Shown here: in pieces, positions 14,163-25,105 of the stretch | Numbering within the stretch: position 1 is the stretch's first letter | How the letters are laid out: each line of letters opens with the position of its first letter | Source: Anaeramoeba ignava BMAN | Lineage: Eukaryota; Protista; Anaeramoebae | DNA length: 64,000 nt | Assembly: GCA_028826165.1 (NCBI GenBank) | Contig: JAPDFW010000123.1 | Location: 62,001-126,000 of the forward strand | Direction: 5' to 3' | The notes under the pieces: generated by a model | The model's database searches: none | The model's input: the letters and a program-made list of their open reading frames with translations, nothing else | What the model was told of the DNA's origin: nothing | Translations under genes and position numbers: made by a program

Positions 14163-14212
14163 ATTTTTCATTTTTCATTTTTCATTTTTCATTTTTCATT
14201 TTTCATTTTTTT
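14163..14212 (+). promoter_or_regulatory. Tandem TCATTTT initiator-like array upstream of the FANCM ATG
   Basis: Six copies of tttttca ending about 10 nt before ATG 14222. The same motif precedes most genes in the window, on the sense strand. Confidence 0.55.
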
Positions 14213-14221
14213 AATTTTTTT

Positions 14222-17200
14222 ATGTCAAATTTTAATAATCCAAAAAATTTAGGATTTCGTGTTGCTAAAGATATTTTAGAAGAACAAAAAAATAAATCAA
14301 ATTCATTTCCAAAAAATCCAAAACCTTTAAATTTAAAAGATTTACAAAAAAAAAAACCACATCTTCAAAAAGTTTTTCGACCAAATGAATTTTTTCAAAA
14401 ACGTTCTGAAAAATCAAAATCAAAATTTTCAAAAGAATCAAAATTAAATTTAGATTCAAATACAAATACAAATTCAAATTCAAATATAAATTCAAATTTA
14501 GATTTAGATTTAGATACAAATACAAATACAAATCTAAATTCAAATTCAAATTCAATTACAAATTTAGATTTAAATACAAATACAAATACAAATCTAAATT
14601 CAATTACAAATTTAAATACAAATTTAGATTTAAAATTCAATACCTTTTCCATTTTAAATACAAATACAAATTTAGATTCAAATTCAAATTCAAATACAAA
14701 TTTAGATTTAAAATTCAATACCTTTTCCATTTTAAATTCAAATACAAATACAAATTTAAATACAAATTTAGAATTAAATACAAATTCAAATTCAAATTTA
14801 GATTTAAATTCAAATTCAAATTCAAATTCAAATTCAAATTCAAATTCAAATACAAATTCAAATACAAATTCAAATTCAAATTTAGATTTAAATTCAAATT
14901 CAAATTCAAATTCAAATTTAGAATTAAATTCAAATTTAGATTTAAATACAAATTCAAATTCAAATACAAATTCAAATTCAAATTCAAATTCAAATTCAAA
15001 TTTAGATTTAAATACAAATACAAATACAAATCTAAATTCAAATACAAATACAAATTTAGAATTAAATACAAATTCAAATACAAATTTAGATTTAAATACA
15101 AATTTATTTCTCCAAAATTTTCAATTTCCTTCAAACAATTTTTCTAATCCAAAAAACTTAGAAATTCAAAAAAAAGAAGATCATCAAATTTCAAAAAAAC
15201 CAATCAATAGTAAATTTGTAGAAATTTCCATTAATTCCTTCGCTAATCAAAACCCACAAAATCAATTTCAAAATAATCAAAATCAAACACAAAATCAATT
15301 TAAAAATCAAAATCAATTTAAAAATCAAACACAAAATCAATTTCAAAATCAAACACAAAATCAAAATCAAAATAATCAAAATCAAAATCAAAATCAAAAT
15401 CAAAATCAAAATCAATTTCAAAATCAAAATCAAAATCAAAATCAAAATCAATTTCAAACACAAAATCAAAATATTCAATTTCAAATTTATCCAAATTTGC
15501 ATTCAAATCAATTAGAAAATCAACATTTAAATCAAAATCAATTTCAAAATAATCAATTCCAAAATAATCAATTTCAAAAGGAAAAAGAAAAAGAAAAAGA
15601 AAATGATATTAACCAAAATTATCCCAATGAAAACCAAAATCAAGATGATGAAGAACCAAATTTTTTTAAGCTTTCAGAAAATAAACATTTTTTGGAAAAT
15701 AAGCCTTTTGAATCAAGTCAAATTTATTCTAATAAATCAAATCCTAAAACTGATGAAGAAATTCAAGAAGAACAAAATAATCCAAAACTTGATCAATGGT
15801 TATCAAAAAATCCCACAAATCAAAATCATTTTAAATCAAGAAAAACGGAAATGGAAATTGAAAAACAAAGTGAAAATGAAAATACACCAATAAGACAAAC
15901 TGAATCAAAATCACCCCAATCAAATAGTAGTGGGAAAAGAAGATCAAATCGAACAAGTCCAAACTCTAAAGAAGATTCACCCATATTTAAAATATTTCAA
16001 AATACAACAACCTAAAAAAATTGAAGATCCAGATTCAAATCAATTAGAAAATCAAAATCAATTAGAAAATCAAAATCAAAATCAAAATCAAAATCAAAAT
16101 CAAAATCAAAATCAAAATCAATTAGAAAATCAAAATCAAAATAATCAAAATCAAAATCAAAATCAAAATCAAAATCAAAATCAAAATCAAAATCAAAATC
16201 AAAATCAAAATCAAAATCAAAATCAAAATCAAATCCAAAATAATCAAAATCAATTTCAAAAAAATCAATTTCAAAATAATCAAAATAGAAATCCAAAAAT
16301 TTTCACAAATTTATTTGAAAATGATGTAGATGAAAATGAATTTGAAAATGAAAATCAAAACAATCATAATTATAATCATAATGAAAAAAATTATGAGAAA
16401 CAAAATATTTCAACAACTCATGAAATTTGTTTTAAAAAACTGGAAAAATGGATTTATCCGATTAATAAATCCAAGAGAATGTATCAATATAACATATCCA
16501 AAACAGCTTTATTTTACAATACATTGGTTGTTTTACCAACAGGACTTGGGAAAACATTGATTGCAGCAGTTGTTATGTATAATTATTATCGATGGTTTCC
16601 AAATGGAAAGATTATTTTTATGGCGCCAACAAAAGCGCTTGTTACACAACAAAAAAAGGCAATATATCAAACTGTAGGAATACCAATGGAAATTACTGTT
16701 GAAATGACTGGAGATACCAGTCCACAACAAAGAGAAATATTGTGGAAAACCAAAAGAGTTTTTTTTGGAACTCCACAATCTTTCCAAAATGATTTGAAGA
16801 AGGAAAATTGTCCGATCGATTCAATAGTGTGCTTGATTGTTGATGAAGCGCATCATAGTGTTGGGAAATATGCATACAATATTGTATTTAGCTTGATTCA
16901 ACAGAAGAATAAAAATTTTCGAGTTGTTGCATTATCAGCAACACCAGGTTCTAATGTTCAAAAAATTCAGACGATTATTGATAATTTAGCAATTTGCAAA
17001 ATTGAATCAAGAAGCGCGGACAATGGAGATGTTTCACCTTATGTTCATGAAAAGAAATTTATTCGAGAAATTGTTTCTCTTCAAAATCACAACGAAATTG
17101 TTATCATTTCCAAACTTTTCACACCTATTGTTGAGAATTTCTTAAACCTTTTGTTCACTTCAAATGTTCTTCCCAAAAAGCATATAAATCAATTATCAAT

Positions 17201-20200
17201 CCTTACTTTCAAAATGTTCTCCCAAAAACTCCAAATGACTAAAATGGATCTAAATCAAAAAAGAGTTCCCGATTTAAGAGTTGGACAATTGATTGCAAGA
17301 TTTGGATTCTGCATGAGTTTGCTTCATGCCTGGAAATTACTTCATTTTTATGGATTGAAGACATTCTCGCAGTTTATTCATTCCCATTTTATTGATCCTG
17401 AAAAGAAGAAAAAAACATCTAGTCTTCTTTTAAAACAAGAAAACTTCAAAAAAATACAAGAAATTATCCCAGATTTGATTCAACAAGCTAAATCTTCACA
17501 TCCAAAAATTGATTTGTTAATGAATTTAATCGCACAGCATTTTGAGGAGCAAAAGAAACAAGGAATTGATTCTTTTAATCAAACAAGAGCAATTGTTTTT
17601 TCCACTTTCCGAGATTCTGTCGAGGAAATTGCAGAAAATCTTCGTAAAATTGATCTTGTGAAAGTGGCAGTTTTTATTGGACAAAATACATCAAAAAATA
17701 AAAAGGGATACAATTCAAAACAGCAGAAAAGCACAATATCCCAATTTAGACAAGGAAATTTCAACACTCTCGTTTCAACATCTGTTCATCCTGATGAGTT
17801 TATTATTTTAATGAATCCCAAATCAGAAATTATGATCCAAAAAATTGGGCATTTCGTGGAGTTTTTCCTTCATAAACAAAAGGGATTCGCAAAGAAGAAT
17901 ATTTCCAATCAACATTGGAAATGTCTTTCTTGTGATAAATATGGTGAAAATGTAGGATTTTATCCTATCACACATGTCCATCGTCATGTAAGACAAAATC
18001 GAGTTTTGGAAGTCAGTTTAACAAATGGGTTTTCTGCTCTTGTAACTGAAGATCATAGTTTATTCACTTGTTCTCAAACCAAATCACACAAAATTAAACT
18101 TCAAAAAACTAAACCTCAAATCAATCAAATGATCAATTTCTGTTCTTCTTTTTCTATTTCTTCTTCTTCTTCTTCTTATTGTAAAATACATCGTATTGAT
18201 TTAATTGAACAATTTTTCAACAATTCTTCTCAGAATAACCTCAAAACTCCAAAATATTTCCAAAAGGCAATCCATAACTCAAAATTTATCATTGTTTATT
18301 CGAGCACAATTTGTTCACATGAATTTTCTTTTGATTTAAAATTACAATTACACATTATTCAAGCTTTGCAAAACAAAAATTTTTATGTTTTGGAGCAATA
18401 TCCTCAAGACCAAATTAATCAAATTCAACAAGGATTGAAATTATTTACAAAATCATCTTTCTTTGATAAAAATCTTTTTCATTTTGAAAAGGAAGATTTA
18501 GAAAAATATTATTTGGATTGTTACAGAAAATCTATTATTTGGATTGAAAATCATTCAATATTTAATCCTCAAACAAAACATTTTGAAAGTAACTTGGAAA
18601 ATGCAGCAACTTTTCCAGAAGAAATGATTTTCTTTTTCAAACAAAGAATATATTTAAACAACATGAAATATCAAGATTATTTACCAAGATTTATCAAATT
18701 AGATCATTTCTTTCTCAATTTACTTGCATTCTATTTATTTTCATCAACACAAAAATTACCAAATTCTACATTTAGTTATCAAAGGATAAATGATGATTTC
18801 AATTCAATTAATAGTTATTTCCAAAAAAATGAAATTATTTTATCGCATTTATTTTCAACTTTTCTTTATTGTGGAACAGTTAATTCCAAGAAAAGAATTC
18901 CCAACCTCATTTTCAATTTATGTTTTGGAGATCAACTTTATTTTTTGGAAAAATGCAAACACTTCACAAAAATTCAATATCAAACAACAAAATATGATTT
19001 TATTGTTGAAAGTAGAGAATTAATGATGGGAATCATATTTCTCAGTAAACAAATTTATAAAGAAAACATAATCAATCTTTCCAGAATTTCTGAAGAAAAA
19101 ATTTATTCTCAAAACACAAATCAAAATATTTCTTGTTCAAAATCCAGTTTTTATTGTTGTTCATTGGAAACAAAGGAATCATCCAAAAAAGAAACTTTTT
19201 TTTCAAATTTGGAAACAATTTGTGAAGTTGATTCTCAACCTGAATTTGTTTATGATATTTCTGTTCAAAAAACACAAAAATTTTTTGGGGGATTAGGATT
19301 AGTCAATCTTCACAATTCAGTTGGAGAAGAAGGACTTGATATTGGAGAAGTTGATTTAATTATTTGTTATGATTCTTCTGTAGATGTCACAAGAATGTCA
19401 CAAAGATTTGGAAGAACTGCTCGAAAAAAAGCAGGAAAAGTTGTAGTTTTCATTACAGAAAGTTTTGAAGAAGAATCTTTTGAAAAAATATTGAAGAAAG
19501 AAACTGATATTTTACAAAGATTATCACGAACAAAATTTCGACTTTCCAAAAATATTCCTGAATTATTTCCAAATCAAACTAATCCAAAATGTGTTGAAAA
19601 AAAACTAGAAATTATTCCCTATTTTGAAGGAAATGAAGAGACTGAAGTTAGGAGCAAAATACCAACAAAAGTAGAACTTGAATTATGCGAAAGATCAGTT
19701 CAATTACCAAAACAAAGATGGAACTATTCTCTTGAAAAATATATTCCAGATCAAAATTTGACATTTTCTTCTCATATTGGAAATTCAACTCAAACAAAAT
19801 TATTAGTTGATGTTTTAATTTATTTGGATCAATTTCCAAGAAAAATTCCTTTGGAAATACTTTCTAAACCTTTGTCATCTTCTCTTTCTCCTATGAAAGT
19901 TAATGAAAAAAATGAAGAAACTGATGTTTCTTTTAAGTTAGGAACTCCTAAGTCAAAGAATATGAAACAATCTCCATTAAGAAAAACAAAATCAAACTCA
20001 AAATCAAAATTAAATTCAAAATTAACATTTACACCAGTCGATTCACAAGAAAATATTCAAAAATCTAATAAAAAAATAGAAAGTAAATGGGAAGTTTCAA
20101 AAATTAATCCTATGGAAAATTCAGATACAACTTTAGATCTAAATCCAGATATAGATATCAATACAAATCTAACTACAAATCTAACTACAAATTTAGATTC

Positions 20201-21712
20201 AGATTTAAATCAAAAAAATTCTTCATATTTTGGAAAATCATTTAAAGATCATGATCTAAAACTTCAAATGTTATTGAAACAAAAAGGAATAACCACAAAT
20301 ATTAATGGTGAATATTTAATTAAATCACTTAAACTCCTTGGTGATCCAAGTACTCGAAAAGATATTGTTGATCTTTGTATTCATTTATATCCAGAGATTT
20401 GGGATTGTTACCAGAAAAGTTTTCCAAAGAAATTAAGTCGAATTAAATTTGAAAAATTAATTATTCCAGAAAATTTTTCAAAATATGGTGTTTATCAAAA
20501 TCCTCGTTCATTTGAATTTTCTCTTAAAGATTTAAATCAAGAAAATGGAAATAATTTTAATCAAGAAAATGGAAATAATTTTAATCAAGAAAATGAAAAT
20601 ATTTTAAATCAAGAAAATGGAAATATTTTAAATCAAGAAAATGAAAATATTTTTAATCAAGAAAAAGAAAATAATTTTAATCAAGAAAATGGAAATAATT
20701 TTAATCAAGAAAATGAAAATATTTTAAATCAAGAAAATGGAAATATTTTAAATCAAGAAAATGGAAATATTTTTAAATCAAGAAAATGAAAATATTTTAA
20801 ATCAAGAAAATGGAAATAATTTTAATATTAAATTGAATCTTTCAAATGTTTTATCTCAAATTACTCCAATAAAAAATAATCAAAAAATACAAATATTAGA
20901 AAATCAAGAAGAAAAAACAAATCAATCTAAAGATGATTCAAAAAATCAAGAAAAAGAAACAAATAAAACATAAAAATAAACATAAACATAAAAATAAGCA
21001 TAAACATAAACATAAACATAAACATAAACATAAACATAAACATAAACATCACAAAAAACGTAAGAAAGATTCAGATGAAATCCAAAATGATACTAAAAAA
21101 ATTAAGAAAAATAAAACTAAAAAACCATCACAAACTTCTATTTCAGAATCAAATCAAACAATCCAAATTCCTCAAGAAGGAATTTCTCATTATTTTTTAC
21201 CCAATAATAATGAATCTAAAATAACAAATCAAAAAGAATTTTTAGTTCAACTTATAAATAAAAAAGAAATTTCAATTCAATTTAAAAATCAAAATCAAAA
21301 TCAAAATCAAAATCAAAATCAAAATCAAAATCAAAATCAAAATCAAAATCAAAATCAAAATCAAAATCAAAATCAAAATCAAAATCAAAATCAAAAACAA
21401 AATCAAAATCAAAATCAAAATCAAAATCAAAATCAAAATCAAAATCAAAATCAAAATCAAAATCAAAATCAAAATCAAAATCAAAATCAAAATCAAAATC
21501 AAAATCAAAATCAAATTGATCAAAAAAAATTATTTTCATTATTACTTGATTTTAAATTCCCAAAAACTCAAGAAAAAAAACAAATTCCAAAAAAATCAAA
21601 AAAATTTGAAAAAATCAAAAAAAAATCTTTATTAATTACAGATTATTTTCCAATTAGTAAACCTCCAATTTTAGAAATTTTATCACAAAAAGAAGAACAA
21701 GATCAATTTTAA
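14222..21712 (+). CDS. FANCM: FANCM/Mph1/Hef-family DEAH DNA helicase containing an intein; low-complexity N- and C-termini; frameshifts near 16000, 20770 and 20950
   Basis: [21 protein letters not shown] (motif I), [20 protein letters not shown] (II), ALSATPG (III), [13 protein letters not shown] (IV), NTLVST|[19 protein letters not shown] (V, split by the intein) and QRFGRTAR (VI). No ERCC4 nuclease domain was recognised. Joining the 14222, 20761 and 20933 ORFs is inferred. Confidence 0.9.
17781..19316 (+). mobile_element. Intein (512 aa) with degenerate LAGLIDADG homing endonuclease, inserted in helicase motif V
   Basis: In-frame 1536-nt insert. Block [14 protein letters not shown] (Ser1), block [17 protein letters not shown] (TxxH), block [16 protein letters not shown], block G LVNLHN followed by Ser+1. 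Removing it restores [17 protein letters not shown]. Confidence 0.96.
20533..20826 (+). repeat. Coding 27-bp minisatellite ([16 protein letters not shown] units)
   Basis: About 11 tandem copies of aatcaagaaaatg(g/a)aaata(a/t)ttt(t/a). One copy has an extra T that shifts the frame. Confidence 0.9.
21288..21514 (+). repeat. Coding (AATCAA)n hexamer repeat, poly-NQ
   Basis: Near-perfect tandem aatcaa. The same repeat occurs at 15350-15450 and 16070-16235. Confidence 0.95.
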
Positions 21713-21775
21713 AAAAAAAACCAATTTTTTCATTTTTTCATTTTTTCATTTTTTCATTTTTTCATTTTTAATTTT

Positions 21776-23585
21776 ATGAATTCAAATGTTATATTTTCTT
21801 CTTCAAAATCTTGGGGAAAAATAAATAAAAAAAGAAAGAAAAGAAAAAAGAAAAATCAAAATCAAATTGAAAATCAAATTGAAAACCAAATTGAAAATCA
21901 AATTCAAATTGAAAATCAAATTCAAATTAAAAATAAAAATCAAATTGAAAATAAAAATCAAATTGAAAATCAAATTGAAAATCAAATTGAAAATCAAATT
22001 GAAAATCAAAATCAAATTCAAAATCAAAATCAAAATCAAAAATCAAAATCAAAATCAAAATCAAAATCAAAATCAATTTAAATCAAAGAGAAGAAAGAAA
22101 AGAAAAAATAAAAATAAAAATAAAAATAAAAATCAAAATGATTTAATTTTAATTACTCAAGAAAATATTTTTGAATATCCAGAAATATTTCATTTTTGGG
22201 AAAGAAGATATTCATTATATTCAAAATGGGATGAAGGAATTCAACTTGATTATGAATCATTTTATTCAGCTACACCTGAAAAAATAGCATTACATATCGC
22301 TATTAGATGTAAATGTAACATTATAGTTGATGCATTTTGTGGTTCTGGTTCAAATTCTATTCAATTTACTAAAACTTGTGGTCATGTTATTTCAATTGAT
22401 ATTGATCCAAATAAAATCAAAATTGCAGAAAATAATTCAAAAATTTATAATTCTAGATCAAAAATAGATTTTATAATAAGTGATTTTTTTGATATTTTAC
22501 CTTCTTTAAAAGTATACTATTATTTAAATATTATTTAAATATTTTTTAAATACTTTTTAAATATTTTTTATTTTAGAATGTTGATGTAGTTTTCCTTTCT
22601 CCTCCTTGGGTAAATAATTACTAAATTAAATATTTTAAATAATTATTAAATTCAATATTTTAAATAATTATTAAATTCAATATTTTAAATAATTATTAAA
22701 TTCAATATTTTAAATAAATATTAAATTAAATATTTTAAATAATTATTAAATTCAATATTTTAAATAATTATTAAATTCAATATTTTAAATAATTATTAAA
22801 TTCAATAATTTAAATAATTATTAAATTCAATATTTTAAATAATTCAATATTTTAAATAATTACTAAATTCAATATTTTAAATAAATATTAAATTCAATAT
22901 TTTTAAATAAATATTAAATTCAATAATTTAAATAAATATTAAATTCAATATTTTAAATAATTATTAAATATTTTAAATAATTATATAATTCAATATTTTA
23001 AATAAATATTAAATTAAATATTTTAAATAAATATTTAATTCAATAATTTAAATAAATATTAAATTCAATATTTTAAATAATTATTTAGTTCAATATTTTA
23101 AATAATTATTTAATTCAATATTTTAAATAATTATTAAATTCAATATTTTAAATAAATATTCAATTCAATATTTTAAATAATTATTAAATTAAATATTTTA
23201 AATAATTATTAAATTCAATATTTTAAATAATTATTAAATAATTTAGGGTGGAATTAAATACACGAAAAAGAAATTATTCAATATAAATAATATGCTTATT
23301 AATGGGTATTTAAAAAAAAAAACGGAAGAAAAAAATTTTTTTTTCTCTTATTCCACTTTTTTTTTTTTGATTAAAAAAAGAACTAAATTATTTCAAGAAG
23401 TTCAAAAATATTGTCCAAATATTGCGTTCTTTGTTCCAAAAAATACCGATATTCAACAATTAGTTTCATTAGCAGGACCTGGAAATTCATGTGAAATTGA
23501 ATATAATCATTTAAATAATAGAGTAATTTCAATAACTGCTTATTATGGTTCACTTATTAAACAAAAAAAAGAAAATCAAAAATAA
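21776..23585 (+). CDS. TGS1: Trimethylguanosine synthase (RNA cap hypermethylase), 4 exons; introns 22512-22576, 22610-23246, 23306-23380; frameshift near 22040
   Basis: RYSLYSKWDEGIQLD.ESFYSATPEKIA, IVDAFCGSGSNSIQF, IDID; splicing rebuilds VDVVFLSPPW|GG and ..NIAFFVPKN..ITAYYG. Confidence 0.92.
22610..23246 (+). repeat. Intronic AT minisatellite (~25-bp unit taaataattattaaattcaatattt)
   Basis: Tandem imperfect copies fill the GT...AG intron that splits SPPW|GG of TGS1. Confidence 0.9.
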
Positions 23586-23676
23586 AAAATATTTTTTTTT
23601 TTCATTTTTTTCTTTTCATTTTACTTCATTTTTTAAATCAAAAATTATCATTAAATAATCAACAAAAAAATAAAAT

Positions 23677-24606
23677 ATGAATCTAATTGAAAAAGATCAC
23701 GCAATTATTTTTTCAATTATTATTCTTTTAAGCTATATTTTTATTGGATTTTTATTTGGATTTTTTTTCTTTTCTTTATTTTCCAAAAATCAACAAAAAA
23801 AAAGGCCAAATGAAAAAACAACATGGGATTTATCAAAAGAAGGGATGATTTCAGCATTTTTTGCGCAATTTTCAAGTTTTATAGTCAGTTTAATTGGATT
23901 CAATATATTAATCAAAAAAATTGATATTTCTGAGAATTTTTTTGAAATGATTGGATTTTCAAAAATAAATTTGCTCATTTTTATTCCCTTTTTATTAACA
24001 GTTATTCTTTTTCTTGGCCCGATTTCTTTCAAATATTATGATTTCCGAATTTTTTGTGAAGAAAAATCAATCACTTTTTCTTTTTCCAATTTTCTTTTAT
24101 GGATTAAAGAAGATCCTTTTTGTTATCTTCCAAAAACCAAATGGAAATTAATTAAAAATTGTGTTTTTGCGCCTTTAAGTGAAGAATTTACTTTCCGTTC
24201 TTTTTTGATTGTTGTTTTTTTTCTTGCGAAATTTAATTTGAATTTTTGCATTTTTTATTCTTCTCTTATTTTTTCACTTGCCCATATTTCCTTCTTTCTC
24301 CAGAACATTTTTTTCAAAAAAGTCCCAATTATCCCAAGTATTTTCGAACTTTTCTTTCAAATGGGTTACACTTTCCTTTTTGGAATATATACATCCTATC
24401 TTTTTATTAAGACTCATTTTCTTGTTCCACTTTTTTTGATTCATTCTTTTTGTAATTTTTTAGGGTTTCCTCCACTTCATAGACTTTTCAAGCATAAAAA
24501 TCGATTTCAAATCATCATTTATGCGATATTTGGTTGCTCTTTATTTGCTTTTCTTTTACCATTGCTTACTTCTTCTAAACTTTATTCAAATAATTTTTTC
24601 GAATAA
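23677..24606 (+). CDS. RCE1: CAAX prenyl protease 2 (Rce1, CPBP family)
   Basis: Multi-TM protein with FAPLSEEFTFR, FSLAH, YTFLFG and HSFCNFLGFP motifs. Confidence 0.9.
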   Translation: MNLIEKDHAIIFSIIILLSYIFIGFLFGFFFFSLFSKNQQKKRPNEKTTWDLSKEGMISAFFAQFSSFIVSLIGFNILIKKIDISENFFEMIGFSKINLLIFIPFLLTVILFLGPISFKYYDFRIFCEEKSITFSFSNFLLWIKEDPFCYLPKTKWKLIKNCVFAPLSEEFTFRSFLIVVFFLAKFNLNFCIFYSSLIFSLAHISFFLQNIFFKKVPIIPSIFELFFQMGYTFLFGIYTSYLFIKTHFLVPLFLIHSFCNFLGFPPLHRLFKHKNRFQIIIYAIFGCSLFAFLLPLLTSSKLYSNNFFE

Positions 24607-24670
24607 TCAATTTTAAATAAAAAAATATTTTTTAATTTTCAATTTTCATTTTTTTCTTTTTTTTTTGGAA

Positions 24671-24985
24671 ATGAAAAATTCAAAAGATAAAACAACCTTT
24701 TTTCATGAATTAATGAAATCTAAAAATAATTCAGTTTTTAGAAAACTTTTATTTTTTATGATTTTATTGTTAATTATTCCAGTTTTAGTTTATTATTCAA
24801 CTAATTATTTTTTAGAAAGAAATCCAACTATAAAAATCAAACATTCTTTAGTTTCTGCAATTACTTCTTTTCTTAGTGTAATTTTAATTCTTGGAATTTA
24901 TGTTATTGTTGCATTTTCAGAAAATATTGAAGAAATAGAAGATGAAAAAATTATAAGAAAAAAACCAAAAGAAAAAATTAAATGA
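24671..24985 (+). CDS. VMA21: V-ATPase assembly factor Vma21-like
   Basis: ~100 aa with two TM helices (VFRKLLFFMILLLIIPVLVYY; SAITSFLSVILILGIYVIVAFSE) and a C-terminal lysine-rich ER-retrieval-like end. First ATG is at 24671. Confidence 0.75.
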   Translation: MKNSKDKTTFFHELMKSKNNSVFRKLLFFMILLLIIPVLVYYSTNYFLERNPTIKIKHSLVSAITSFLSVILILGIYVIVAFSENIEEIEDEKIIRKKPKEKIK

Positions 24986-25105
24986 AAAAAATTAATTTTC
25001 AATTTTGAAAGAAAGAAATAAATAAAAAAAGATTTAAAATTTAAAATTCAAAATTCAAAATTAATTTTTTAATTTTTTAAAAAAAAAAAAAGATTATTTT
25101 TAAAT

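Noticed and set aside
17781-19316. Spliceosomal or group I/II intron, or hedgehog-type Hint domain, as the explanation of the FANCM insert
   Set aside because: There are no GT-AG ends and the insert is an open in-frame ORF. It has both N- and C-terminal intein blocks, ends in HN/S, and is flanked by two halves of one motif.
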